A stretch of 64,000 bases of DNA from assembly GCA_947087265.1 (NCBI GenBank), contig CAMUBY010000007.1, positions 2,758-66,757 on the forward strand. Reading direction: 5' to 3'. Numbering within the stretch: the first letter of the stretch is position 1; each line of letters opens with the position of its first letter. The notes beneath the pieces were generated by a model. It did no database searches, was not told the DNA's origin, and saw only the letters and a program-made list of their open reading frames with translations. Shown in pieces: positions 29,523 to 38,875 of this stretch. Both the position numbers and the translations under genes were made by a program. Origin of the DNA: an uncultured Clostridia bacterium. GTDB lineage: Bacteria > Bacillota > Clostridia > Christensenellales > Borkfalkiaceae.

Positions 29523-32041
29523 GCCTGTTTCAACTCCTCAATGAGATAGCACTCGATGAAATCGCCGATTTTGATTTCGTTGAAGTTTTCAATCGCACAG
29601 CCGCATTCAAGACCTGCTGCAATTTCCTTTGCGTCGTCTTTATAGTGTTTGAGTTGTTTGACGTTGCCTTCGACAATCATCACGTCGTCGCGGTAAATGC
29701 GGAGTTTTCCGCCGCGCACAAGTTTGCCTTCGGTTACAAGACAGCCCGCAACCACGCCTACGCCCGTAATGTTGAAGGTTTGGCGCACTTCGGCTTTGCC
29801 CATATAAATTTCATGATATTTGGGCGCGAGCATTCCTTTGAGCGCGGCTTCCATATCGTCTAAAAGTTCGTAGATAATGCGGTAGGAGCGTACGTCCACT
29901 TTGCTGCGCTCGGCAAGCGTCTTTGCCTTCGCGTCGGGACGAACGTTGAAGCCGATGACGATGGCGTTTGCGGAATCGGCGAGCATAATATCGCTCTCGT
30001 TGATGGCGCCCGCGCCTGCGTGAATGACTTTCACGCGCACTTCCTCGTTGGAAATTTTCACGAGCGAACTTCTCACAGCTTCCACAGAACCCTGAACGTC
30101 GCCCTTGACGATAACGTTGAGGTCTTTGATATTTCCTTCGGCAACCTGTTTGAACACGTCGTCGAGCGTCACTTTCTGCGTTTCTTTAATCATGGATTCG
30201 CGCTCGTGCGTCTTGCGCTCTTCCTGTACCTTCTTCATGAGGTTCTGTTCTACGGCGAAAATAGCGTCGCCCGCGTTGGGCACGTCCTCCAAACCGAGCA
30301 CGGAAACCGCCGTAGAGGGACCCGCCTCTTTCACGGTCTTGCCCTTGTCGTCAATCATGGCGCGCACTTTACCCGTCATCATACCCGAAATGAGGTAATC
30401 CCCCGTGCGGAGCGTTCCGTTCTGCACGAGCACGCTTGCAACGGGACCCTTGCCCTTATCGAGTTTCGCTTCGATGACGACGCCCTTCGCCTTGCGTTCG
30501 GGGTTGGCTTTGAGTTCCTGCATTTCCGCAACCAGCCAGATGTTTTCAAGCAGTTGCTCTACCCCCTCGCCCGTCTTTGCGGATACGGGCACGACGATGA
30601 CGTCGCCGCCCCACTCTTCGGGCACGAGGTTGTGTTCCATGAGCCCCTGTTTCACTCTGTCGGGGTTGACGTGCGGTTTATCCATTTTATTCATGGCAAC
30701 GATGACGGGCACGTTCGCCGCCTTCGCGTGGTCGATAGCTTCCACCGTCTGCGGCATAATGCCGTCGTCCGCGGCAACTACGAGCACTACGATATCGGTG
30801 ACTTTCGCGCCGCGCGCACGCATTGCCGTGAACGCCGCGTGACCGGGCGTATCGATGAACGTAATCTCTTTGCCGTCCGAAAGCGAAACGGTATACGCGC
30901 CGATGCTCTGCGTAATGCCGCCCGCTTCGCCTGCCGTCACGTTGGTGCGACGGATATAGTCGAGCAAAGAAGTTTTGCCGTGGTCGACGTGCCCCATCAC
31001 GGTAACGACGGGCGCGCGCGTGATGAGGTTTTCCGCCTCGTCGCCGCCGTGCTCCTCGAAAAGCGCTTCTTCCGCCGTCTTTTCGGGTTTATATTCGAGG
31101 TCGATACCCAGTTCGAGCGCGATAAACGCCGCGTTGTCGTAATCCACCGATTCGTTTACCGTTTTCATAATGCCTTCTTTGAACAAACGCTTGGTAATTT
31201 CCACCGCGGAAATACCGAGTTTTTCGGAAAGCACTTTAATGGGAATGTCCTGCGTCGTGACGACCGCGTGGTCGATTTTTATGGTCTGCGTTTCCTTTCT
31301 CGCGCCCTTCTTGCCGAAGCGCGCCTTGCGGTAACCGCTCTTTTCCTCGTCGAAATCGCCGATACTTGCGCCCTGCTGACGGATGAGCGCACGCTTATTA
31401 ACGGGACGGCGTTCCACATACGTCTTTTCAAATTTCTTGGGCGTATCGCGCCGCTGTGCGGGAGGGGGCGGAGGCGGCGGAAGCGGGCGTTTCCCTGCGG
31501 CGGGTCTTGCGGTTGCAGGACGCGCTCCAAGCCCTTGCGGACGTGCGCCGAAAGGCGGTTTAGCGCCTTGCCCTACTCTTGCGCCTGCGCCCGTATAGGT
31601 AGGACGCGCGCCTTGTGAACCCTGTGCGCGGTCGGGACGGAACGTAGGACGGGAAGCAGCCCCTGCCGCAGGACGGTATTCGCCCTGCGCGGTTTTGGGA
31701 GGACGCGCAGACGCGGTCTGCGGTTTTGCAGACGGCGCTTTTTGGGATTCGGCGGCGGCTTGTTCTTTCGCCTTTTCCTGTTCCGCCTTCTCCTCCTGCG
31801 CTTTCTTTTCCGCTTTCTCGGCATCCGCGGCAGCTTTTATCGCCTCTTCTTTCAGACGCGCTTCTTCTCTTGCGCGTTCTTCCTCTTCCGCACGCGCCTG
31901 CGCGGCGGCGGCTTCAAACTCCGAAAGTTTTTTCATGAGTTCGCCGAGCCGTTTTTCGCTCGCCGCAACCGCTTTTTTCAACGCTGCGGTTTCGCCGTCC
32001 GTAAGAAGGGCGCTTAATTTTTCGATATTTTCGTAAGCCAT
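29519..32041 (-). CDS. infB: Translation initiation factor IF-2
   Basis: G-domain [17 protein letters not shown] and NKMD motifs, with a long Ala/Glu/Lys/Pro-rich N-terminal region. Confidence 0.95.
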   Translation of the reverse strand: MAYENIEKLSALLTDGETAALKKAVAASEKRLGELMKKLSEFEAAAAQARAEEEERAREEARLKEEAIKAAADAEKAEKKAQEEKAEQEKAKEQAAAESQKAPSAKPQTASARPPKTAQGEYRPAAGAASRPTFRPDRAQGSQGARPTYTGAGARVGQGAKPPFGARPQGLGARPATARPAAGKRPLPPPPPPPAQRRDTPKKFEKTYVERRPVNKRALIRQQGASIGDFDEEKSGYRKARFGKKGARKETQTIKIDHAVVTTQDIPIKVLSEKLGISAVEITKRLFKEGIMKTVNESVDYDNAAFIALELGIDLEYKPEKTAEEALFEEHGGDEAENLITRAPVVTVMGHVDHGKTSLLDYIRRTNVTAGEAGGITQSIGAYTVSLSDGKEITFIDTPGHAAFTAMRARGAKVTDIVVLVVAADDGIMPQTVEAIDHAKAANVPVIVAMNKMDKPHVNPDRVKQGLMEHNLVPEEWGGDVIVVPVSAKTGEGVEQLLENIWLVAEMQELKANPERKAKGVVIEAKLDKGKGPVASVLVQNGTLRTGDYLISGMMTGKVRAMIDDKGKTVKEAGPSTAVSVLGLEDVPNAGDAIFAVEQNLMKKVQEERKTHERESMIKETQKVTLDDVFKQVAEGNIKDLNVIVKGDVQGSVEAVRSSLVKISNEEVRVKVIHAGAGAINESDIMLADSANAIVIGFNVRPDAKAKTLAERSKVDVRSYRIIYELLDDMEAALKGMLAPKYHEIYMGKAEVRQTFNITGVGVVAGCLVTEGKLVRGGKLRIYRDDVMIVEGNVKQLKHYKDDAKEIAAGLECGCAIENFNEIKIGDFIECYLIEELKQA

Positions 32042-32055
32042 ATTTCCTCCGAAAT

Positions 32056-32346
32056 TTAATCTCTCTGCACGGCGAGAATCGCTTCCGCCAGATTCTGCTC
32101 TTTCAAAGCGGCGAGTTTACAGCTCTCTTTGCCGACAAGAAATTCTAACTGTTCCGTCCAAATCAGCGGAGCCGAAAGTTTCCGCGATAATTTTTCGATT
32201 TCTTTTACGGTATTCTCCGAAGCGGAAGAATCTGCCACAAGCAAATAGACTCCGCCCCGCAGCGTACTTACGGCGTTTACGCCCAGCGTGAGTTTCCCCG
32301 CACGCCGCGCAAACCCGAGATACGTTTTTAGTTTATCCGCGTCCAA
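32056..32346 (-). CDS. ylxQ: L7Ae-family RNA-binding protein (YlxQ)
   Basis: 96 aa in the conserved position between ylxR and infB, with an L7Ae-like GFARRAGKL motif. Confidence 0.8.
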   Translation of the reverse strand: MDADKLKTYLGFARRAGKLTLGVNAVSTLRGGVYLLVADSSASENTVKEIEKLSRKLSAPLIWTEQLEFLVGKESCKLAALKEQNLAEAILAVQRD

Positions 32347-32605
32347 GGAATTCCTCCTCGATTGCCTTGTAAACCTCTTCGCTCACTTCCTGCGAAAAAG
32401 TTTTATGCAGAAGTTTGTATTTGCAAACGCGTTTCACGCACGATTCCGAATTGCAAACGTACGCGCCGCGCCCTGCCGTTTTCCCTGAAAAATCAAGGTG
32501 AATTTCCCCTGCCGCATTCTTTACGATGCGAAGCATCTCTTTCTTCGGCTTTTCCTCGCGGCAGCCGATACAGGTGCGCATGGGAATTTTTTTAGGCTGT
32601 TGCAT
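32333..32605 (-). CDS. ylxR: YlxR/RnpM family (DUF448) RNA-binding protein
   Basis: PMRTCIGCREEKPKKEMLRIV and GRGAYVC motifs. It is downstream of nusA. Confidence 0.85.
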   Translation of the reverse strand: MQQPKKIPMRTCIGCREEKPKKEMLRIVKNAAGEIHLDFSGKTAGRGAYVCNSESCVKRVCKYKLLHKTFSQEVSEEVYKAIEEEFLGRG

Positions 32606-33724
32606 TTATTCCTCCGAAGAGACTTCTCCCGCCTCTGTTTCGGCTGCGGTTTCCTCCGCGGCGTTCGCTTCGAGGTTCAACTTCTCCGCGGCGGATTCGC
32701 TCTTGACGTCGATTTTCCAACCCGTCAGTCTAGCCGCAAGGCGGGCGTTCTGTCCGTCTCTGCCGATGGCAAGCGAAAGTTTATCGTCGGGCACAACCGC
32801 TACGGCAGCCTTTTCGTCGATTTGCGTCACCGAAACGACCGTTGCGGGCGAAAGCGCCTTTGCGATAAATTCGAGCGGATTTTCGCTCCACGGAATAATG
32901 TCGATTTTTTCGCCGCCGAGTTCGGTAACGACCGCGTTGACTCTCGCGCCCTTATTGCCGACGCACGCGCCGATAGCGTCCACTCTCGCGTCTTCGGTAG
33001 CAATTGCGATTTTGGTTCTGTGTCCTGGTTCGCGCGCAACCGATTTGATAAGCACAACGCCCTGTTTGATTTCGGGCACTTCTTCCTCGAACAAACGCTT
33101 TACAAGCCCGGGCGCGGCGCGGGATACGAGCACCTGCGCGTTTCTGCCGCCGTTTCTCACGCGTTTGACGTAAACTTTAATCTTATCGCCTACTTCGTAG
33201 CGTTCGCCGGGAACCTGGTCCTGCGGGAGCATCAAACCTTCAATCGTACCCTTGCCGAGTTCAATGCTCACGTTTTTCATATCGACTTTACGCACCAGAC
33301 CGCTCATCAGTTCTCCCTCTTTGTCGGAAAACTCGGTGAGTGTGTTGTCGCGCTCGGTTTCGTGTATTTTCTGTAAAATCACCTGTTTTGCGGTTTGTGC
33401 GGCAATCCGCGAAAAATCTTTCGGAACAAACTCTTCCGAAAGCACGTCTCCGGGCTTTGCGCTCTTCTTTTTCAGGCGCGCTTCTTCCAGCGTTATTTCG
33501 CCGTCCTGCGGTTCGTCGCCCTCTACCACCGTCTGCGTGAGATAGAAGCGAATGGTGCACTTTTCGGGATTGAGCCGAACTTCCACGTTGCCTGCGTCGC
33601 CGAAATACATTTTCTTGTACGCAGACGCAAGCGCGCCCGAAAGCGCCTCGATGAACGCCGCTTCGCTGATGCCTTTTTCGTGCTCCAAATCGGCAAGAGC
33701 CGCAAAGAAATCTTTGTTTACCAT
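32606..33724 (-). CDS. nusA: Transcription termination/antitermination factor NusA
   Basis: The N-terminal domain, S1 and two KH domains are present (IGACVGNKGARV, LAIGRDGQNARLAARLTGWKIDV). Confidence 0.95.
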   Translation of the reverse strand: MVNKDFFAALADLEHEKGISEAAFIEALSGALASAYKKMYFGDAGNVEVRLNPEKCTIRFYLTQTVVEGDEPQDGEITLEEARLKKKSAKPGDVLSEEFVPKDFSRIAAQTAKQVILQKIHETERDNTLTEFSDKEGELMSGLVRKVDMKNVSIELGKGTIEGLMLPQDQVPGERYEVGDKIKVYVKRVRNGGRNAQVLVSRAAPGLVKRLFEEEVPEIKQGVVLIKSVAREPGHRTKIAIATEDARVDAIGACVGNKGARVNAVVTELGGEKIDIIPWSENPLEFIAKALSPATVVSVTQIDEKAAVAVVPDDKLSLAIGRDGQNARLAARLTGWKIDVKSESAAEKLNLEANAAEETAAETEAGEVSSEE

Positions 33725-33766
33725 AATATACTCCTTTCAGTTTTCACAAACTTTATCTTACAAATT

Positions 33767-34222
33767 TTATATTTCGATACAAAGACAAATTTTCGAGGTC
33801 TTCTCTCTCGGAACTTTCATTTCGCCCTTTTCCGTCCGAACGGTTACCGTTTCTTCGTCGAAAGCGGTAAGCACACCCTCGTAAAGTTTCCTGCCCTCGT
33901 AAGGCGCATAGAAATGCAGTTCGATTTTGTTTCCGAGATTTTTTTCAAAATCGCGCGCCGTTCTGAACGGGCGGTCTAACCCTAACGACGAACAGTTGAG
34001 CGTATAACCTTCGCCGAACGTGGGGTCGAACCCGTCGAGCGGTTCGTCTATCCTGCGGTGAAATTTTTCGCAGAGATTGAGGTCTACTCCGCCCTCCACG
34101 TCGATATACAGCGTGAGAGATTTGGTACGCATATCCCACTGAGCGTCGACAAGTTCCACGCCGACTTCCTCCGCAAACGGACGGAGAAATTCAACCGTTT
34201 CCGCAATCGGTTTTGTTTTCAT
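33767..34222 (-). CDS. rimP: Ribosome maturation factor RimP
   Basis: 151 aa upstream of nusA, with LTLYID-type N-domain motifs. Confidence 0.9.
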   Translation of the reverse strand: MKTKPIAETVEFLRPFAEEVGVELVDAQWDMRTKSLTLYIDVEGGVDLNLCEKFHRRIDEPLDGFDPTFGEGYTLNCSSLGLDRPFRTARDFEKNLGNKIELHFYAPYEGRKLYEGVLTAFDEETVTVRTEKGEMKVPREKTSKICLCIEI

Positions 34223-34249
34223 ATTCCCCCCTGTGAAAGCCCTTATATA

Positions 34250-34290
34250 AAGAATTGAGAGCGGAAACCCGCTCTCAATCTCTTTTCATC
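34250..34290 (-). terminator. Rho-independent terminator after the ABC exporter operon
   Basis: Stem gagagcgg (34257-34264), loop aaac, stem ccgctctc (34269-34276). It lies between the ABC stop (34352) and the rimP start (34222). Confidence 0.6.
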
Positions 34291-34351
34291 GATTAAGCAA
34301 CTGTATTGTAGCACACCCCGCAAAAAATTGCAAGCGTTTTCAAAAAATTTT

Positions 34352-36295
34352 TTATTCCAACTCGAACGCGCCCGTATACAGTCTGTAATACTGCCCTTTT
34401 TCGGCAATCAGCTGCTCGTGCGAACCGCGCTCGATAATGCGCCCGTGGTCGAGCACCATAATGACGTCGGAATTTTTCACGGTGGAAAGACGGTGCGCGA
34501 TAACGAATACCGTTCTGCCTTTCATGAGGTTATCCATGCCGCGCTGCACAATCGCTTCGGTGCGGGTATCGATAGAACTCGTCGCCTCGTCCAGAATCAT
34601 GACGGGCGGGTCTGCAACCGCGGCGCGCGCAATGGAGATTAACTGCCGCTGTCCCTGCGAAAGGTTCGCGCCGTTCTGATAGAGCATGGTCTGATACCCT
34701 TCGGGCAGCCGCGTAATGAAGTCGTCCGCGCCTGCAAGTTTTGCCGCCGCAATACACTCTTCGTCCGTCGCTTCCAAAAGTCCGTAACGGATATTATCCA
34801 TCACCGTGCCCGTAAACAGGTTGGTATCCTGCAATACCATGCCGAGCGAGCGGCGCAAATCAGACTTTCTGATTTTATTGAGGTTAATTCCGTCGTAGCG
34901 GATTTTACCGTCCGCAATGTCGTAGAAACGCGTGAGCAGGTTGGTAATCGTCGTCTTGCCCGCGCCCGTCGCGCCGACGAACGCCACCTTCTGTCCGGGA
35001 CGCGCATACAGGCTGATGTCGTGGAGCACGATTTTTTCTTCCGTGTAGCCGAAGTCGACTTCCTCCATCACGACGTCGCCTTCTAACTTGGTATAACTGA
35101 CCGTGCCGTCCGCCTGGTGAGGGTGTTTCCACGCCCACATTCCCGTATGCTCCGCGCATTCCGTGAGTTCGCCGTCCACCTCTTTTGCATTAACGAGAGT
35201 GACGTAGCCGTCGTCCGCTTCGGGCTTTTCGTCGATGAGCGCAAAACATCTGCCTGCGCCCGCAAGACCCATGACAACCGAGTTAAGTTGGTTGGAAACC
35301 TGATTGATATTGTTGGAGAACTGCCGCGCCATTTGCAGGAAGGAGAAGACGAGCGCGCCGCTGAATACGGAGAGCGCGGCGTCGGAGAGCATTCCGATAG
35401 ACACGTTGGAAACTTCGTTGATGAAGAACACGCCGCCGAGTACTGCAACGAGCACGTAGAGCAAATGCCCGAAGTTGCCTAAAATAGGCATGAGCATGTT
35501 TGCGTATCCGTTCGCGCGTACCGATTGCCCGTAAAGGCTTTCGTTCACTTTATCGAAATCGGCTTTCGCCTCTTCCTCGTGGCAGAACACTTTTACAACT
35601 TTCTGCCCGTTCATCATCTCTTCGATGAAGCCTTCCGTTCTTGCAACCTCTTTCTGCTGACCGACAAAGTATTTGCCCGCGCCGCCGCCAATCACTTTGG
35701 TAATGAGAACGATTACGACGATTGCCGCAAGCACCACGAGCGTAAGATAGACGCTGTACCAAAGCATGATGCAAAGCAGCGTAATGACCATGACGGAAGA
35801 AGTGAGAAGTTCGGGCAACGACTGCGAAATCATCTGACGGAGCGCGTCGATATCGTTGGTGTAATAACTCATGATATCGCCGTGGTTATGCGTATCGAAA
35901 TATCGGATAGGCAAATCCTGCATTCCGTTGAACATGAGTTCGCGCATTTTTTTCAGATACCCCTGCGTAATAATCGCCATGAGCTGTTTGTTGACGGCGC
36001 CAAGAATAAGCGAGAAAACGTACAACCCGATGAGGATAAGCATATACTTCGTGATTTCTCCGCCGAAGACCGACCAGCCGTCGGGAGAAAGCAGTCCGCT
36101 CTTTTGCGCACCCTCGATAATCGCAAAAATTTTCTGCATGAAAACGGACGGAATGGAACTGATGACCGCATTCAGAATAATGCAGACGAGCGCAACCGTC
36201 ATCATTTTGGGATAGAAATGAAAGACGGATTTAATCGCTCTTCCCAAAACGCCCTTTGTTTTCACTTTCTTTTGCGCAGCGATATTATTCTTCAT
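34352..36295 (-). CDS. ABC exporter permease/ATPase fusion, subunit 2 of a heterodimeric pair
   Basis: Six-TM domain followed by Walker A GATGAGKTT, signature LSQGQRQ, Walker B ILDEATS. The start is set at MKNNIAAQ (36295), which overlaps the upstream stop by 11 nt. Confidence 0.85.
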   Translation of the reverse strand: MKNNIAAQKKVKTKGVLGRAIKSVFHFYPKMMTVALVCIILNAVISSIPSVFMQKIFAIIEGAQKSGLLSPDGWSVFGGEITKYMLILIGLYVFSLILGAVNKQLMAIITQGYLKKMRELMFNGMQDLPIRYFDTHNHGDIMSYYTNDIDALRQMISQSLPELLTSSVMVITLLCIMLWYSVYLTLVVLAAIVVIVLITKVIGGGAGKYFVGQQKEVARTEGFIEEMMNGQKVVKVFCHEEEAKADFDKVNESLYGQSVRANGYANMLMPILGNFGHLLYVLVAVLGGVFFINEVSNVSIGMLSDAALSVFSGALVFSFLQMARQFSNNINQVSNQLNSVVMGLAGAGRCFALIDEKPEADDGYVTLVNAKEVDGELTECAEHTGMWAWKHPHQADGTVSYTKLEGDVVMEEVDFGYTEEKIVLHDISLYARPGQKVAFVGATGAGKTTITNLLTRFYDIADGKIRYDGINLNKIRKSDLRRSLGMVLQDTNLFTGTVMDNIRYGLLEATDEECIAAAKLAGADDFITRLPEGYQTMLYQNGANLSQGQRQLISIARAAVADPPVMILDEATSSIDTRTEAIVQRGMDNLMKGRTVFVIAHRLSTVKNSDVIMVLDHGRIIERGSHEQLIAEKGQYYRLYTGAFELE

Positions 36296-38054
36296 CGTTA
36301 TTCCCTCCCTTGGTCTGAGAATTGTAAACTTCCGAATAAATCGCACTGGATTTCAAGAGTTCTTTATGGGTGCCGAGGTCGCCGATTTTACCGCCGTCGA
36401 GCACGAGAATGCGGTCGGCGTCTTCCACGGAAGAAATGCGCTGCGCGATAATGATTTTCGTCGTCTGAGGGATGTACTCGCGGAGCGATTTGCGGATGAG
36501 CGCGTCCGTCTTGGTATCGACCGCCGAAGTCGAATCGTCGAGAATAAGAATCTTCGGCTTTTTCAAAAGCGCGCGCGCAATGCACAAACGCTGTTTTTGT
36601 CCGCCCGATACGTTAGAACCGCCCTGCTCGATATAAGTATCGTACTTTTTGGGAAACCCTTGAATGAAATCGTCCGCCTGTGCCAAGCGGCAAGCCTCTT
36701 CGATTTCTTCGTCCGTTGCGTTTTCATCGCCCCAGCGCAGATTTTCTTTAATGGTTCCCGAAAAAAGCACGTTCTTTTGCAGCACCACCGCAACCTGATT
36801 GCGGAGCGCTTCCAAATCATAATCTTTTACGTTTTTACCGCCCACCTTGACTTCGCCCTCGGTGACGTCGTAGAGGCGCGAAATCAAATTGACGAGCGAA
36901 GTTTTACTCGAACCCGTGCCGCCGATGATGCCGATTGTTTCGCCCGAACGGATATGAAGGTTGATTCCTTCCAAAACGTTGCGCTCGGCGTTTTCCGAAT
37001 ATTTGAACGAAACGTTTTCAAAATCAACGGAGCCGTCCGCCACTTCGTATTCAGGGTTTTCGGGGTTATGCAGCGTGCTTTCTTCCCTTAAAATTTCGCA
37101 GATACGATTCGCGCTTTCCACCGACATGGCGATAATCGCGAATACCATGGAGAACATAATGAGCGACATTAAAATCTGCATTCCGTAAACAATGAGTTGG
37201 GAAACTGCTACATAACTTGTTTCTCCGCTCGTACTGAATGCGAAATAGGAACCGACAAACAGCACCGACGAAAGTACGCCGTAGAAAAAGAGCTGCATAA
37301 CGGGTTGGTTCCATGCGAGAATGCGCTCGGCAAGCGTGAAGTCTTTGCAGACGTCTTCAGCGGAACGGGAAAATTTTTCTTTTTCGTAATCTTCGCGCAC
37401 ATAGGACTTGACGACGCGAATTCCTTTGATATTCTCCTGTACGGACTCGTTGAGATTATCGTACTTTTTGAACACGCGGTGAAAAAGCGGCAACGCTTTT
37501 TTGATGATGAGAAACAGGATTAACACGAGGGGCGGAATGACCGCAACAAAAATCCAGGCAAGGCTGCCGCCCATGACGAACGCCATTACAAGCGAAAAAA
37601 TCATCATCATCGGCGAACGCACGGCAACGCGGATAATCATCATAAACGACATCTGAACATTGTTCACGTCCGTCGTCATACGCGTCACCAGCGAAGGAGT
37701 GGAAAATTTATCGATATTCGCAAAGGAAAATTCCTGAATCTTGTAATATAAGTCTTTGCGCATATTTTTCGCATAGCCTGAAGAAGCTTTCGCGCAGAAG
37801 ATACCCGAAAGCGCGCCGAACGCAAGGGATGCAAGTGCGATGACAATTAAAATACCGCCCCAAAGAAGCACGTTGTTGAGGTCTCCGTACAAAGGATTCG
37901 GGGCGCCGCCTGTCTGTTCTTCAAACGTTCTGCCGAGCAGAGCAATGATAAAAGGAATGGCGCATTCGCAAATAACTTCCAGCGAAACAAATACCGGAGA
38001 GAGAATTGCCGCCGTTTTATATTCGCGTATACATTTTGCAAGCGTCTTTATCAA
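36285..38054 (-). CDS. ABC exporter permease/ATPase fusion, subunit 1 of a heterodimeric pair
   Basis: Walker A GGTGSSKTS, signature VSGGQKQR, Walker B ILILDDSTSAVD. I preferred the TTG start at 38054, 8 nt after GGAGG; the ORF-track GTG at 38063 overlaps the RBS. Confidence 0.85.
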   Translation of the reverse strand: MIKTLAKCIREYKTAAILSPVFVSLEVICECAIPFIIALLGRTFEEQTGGAPNPLYGDLNNVLLWGGILIVIALASLAFGALSGIFCAKASSGYAKNMRKDLYYKIQEFSFANIDKFSTPSLVTRMTTDVNNVQMSFMMIIRVAVRSPMMMIFSLVMAFVMGGSLAWIFVAVIPPLVLILFLIIKKALPLFHRVFKKYDNLNESVQENIKGIRVVKSYVREDYEKEKFSRSAEDVCKDFTLAERILAWNQPVMQLFFYGVLSSVLFVGSYFAFSTSGETSYVAVSQLIVYGMQILMSLIMFSMVFAIIAMSVESANRICEILREESTLHNPENPEYEVADGSVDFENVSFKYSENAERNVLEGINLHIRSGETIGIIGGTGSSKTSLVNLISRLYDVTEGEVKVGGKNVKDYDLEALRNQVAVVLQKNVLFSGTIKENLRWGDENATDEEIEEACRLAQADDFIQGFPKKYDTYIEQGGSNVSGGQKQRLCIARALLKKPKILILDDSTSAVDTKTDALIRKSLREYIPQTTKIIIAQRISSVEDADRILVLDGGKIGDLGTHKELLKSSAIYSEVYNSQTKGGNNDEE

Positions 38055-38119
38055 ACAAAACACCTCCCATAAATGAATAAAAAAGCGTAAGTTTCCTCAC
38101 GCAATTTTCAGTAACGATA

Positions 38120-38148
38120 ATCTTAACAGTTTTGGGAATAATTGTCAA
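38120..38148 (-). promoter_or_regulatory. Candidate sigma-A promoter of the ABC exporter operon
   Basis: The minus strand reads TTGACA (38143-38148), a 17-nt spacer, then TAAGAT (38120-38125). Confidence 0.5.
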
Positions 38149-38198
38149 ACGGTTTGCCGTTCAATTTTCAAATGTGAAAAAATTTTCATTTTTGCGAT

Positions 38199-38229
38199 AT
38201 TAAAACGGACGGAAGTGTTCCGTCCGTTC
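38199..38229 (-). terminator. Rho-independent terminator after the sigG 3' segment
   Basis: Stem acggacgg (38205-38212) pairs with ccgtccgt (38220-38227). A T-rich tract follows on the minus strand, directly after the stop at 38232. Confidence 0.7.
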
Positions 38230-38231
38230 CT

Positions 38232-38717
38232 TTACATAATACTCGCTTTGATTTGTTTTAGTGCCGTTTTTTCAAGACGCGAAACCTGCGCCTGCGAAAT
38301 CCCGACTTCTGCGGAAATTTCCGTCTGCGTCTTTCCTTCGTAATAACGGAGAGTGAGAATTTTCCGCTCCCGCTCGGTGAGTCTGTGAATCGCCTCTTTG
38401 AGTGCGACGCGCTCCGTCCAGATTTCGTCCGACTGCGATTCGTCGCACAGTTGGTCGAGAAGTTGCAGCGTATCGCCCGATTTGTTGTATACGGGTTCGT
38501 ACAGAGAAACGGGGTCGGAAATCGCGTCTAACGCATAGACGACTTCGCGCTCCTGCACCTGCATTTCGTTTGCGATTTTCTGAATAGTCGCCTCTTCGTC
38601 GCGTTCTTCGATTGCCTCGCGGACTTTTAAAATTTTATACGCGGTATCTCGGATGGAACGGGAAACGCGCAGGGAATTCCCGTCCCGCAAAAAGCGTTTG
38701 ATTTCACCGAGTATCAT
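38232..38717 (-). CDS. sigG: 3' segment (residues ~96-256) of a split sporulation sigma factor SigG gene
   Basis: It begins MILGEIKRFLRDGNSLRVSRSIRD, the region 2.4 onward of SigF/SigG-type sigmas, and ends with the region 4.2 motif GISQAQVSRLEK. Regions 1.2-2.3 are missing here and are found at 47957..48253. Confidence 0.9.
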   Translation of the reverse strand: MILGEIKRFLRDGNSLRVSRSIRDTAYKILKVREAIEERDEEATIQKIANEMQVQEREVVYALDAISDPVSLYEPVYNKSGDTLQLLDQLCDESQSDEIWTERVALKEAIHRLTERERKILTLRYYEGKTQTEISAEVGISQAQVSRLEKTALKQIKASIM

Positions 38718-38741
38718 GGGAATAACGCTTGTATGTTGAAA
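38702..38741. repeat. Recombination junction (host half-site + GG core + element half-site with a 15-bp terminal inverted repeat)
   Basis: The plus strand reads tttcaccgagtatcatg GG aataac GCTTGTATGTTGAAA. The last 15 nt (38727-38741) are the exact reverse complement of 47949-47963. Confidence 0.8.
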
Positions 38742-38804
38742 ATTTATCCCGTTCAGTATATTTACTCTACCACAAAATCATAAAAAAATCAAGCATATAA
38801 ATAC

Positions 38805-38836
38805 GAAATACCCGCCGTCAGTGTCGGCGGATATTT
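38805..38836 (-). terminator. Terminator after the TIR-STAND gene, just inside the element end
   Basis: Stem cccgccg (38811-38817) pairs with cggcgg (38825-38830). A T-rich tract follows on the minus strand. It lies between the stop at 38876 and the att junction. Confidence 0.6.
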
Positions 38837-38875
38837 CATGTTCGGGAATTGACAGGCGTTTATAAAACACTTCGC

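Noticed and set aside
30020-31618. A 532-aa plus-strand ORF, plus several 70-145-aa ORFs, opposite infB
   Set aside because: These are antisense shadow ORFs inside a confidently identified gene. The translations are low-complexity (Arg/His/Phe-rich) with no recognisable motifs, which is typical of GC-rich coding regions read on the wrong strand.
31380-31720. A GC-rich repetitive stretch (runs of ggcgg/gccgc, PPPPPP-coding) that at first glance looks like a tandem repeat array
   Set aside because: It is the low-complexity Ala/Pro/Gly/Arg-rich linker of the IF-2 N-terminal region. It shows no spacer-repeat periodicity and is not a CRISPR or VNTR locus.
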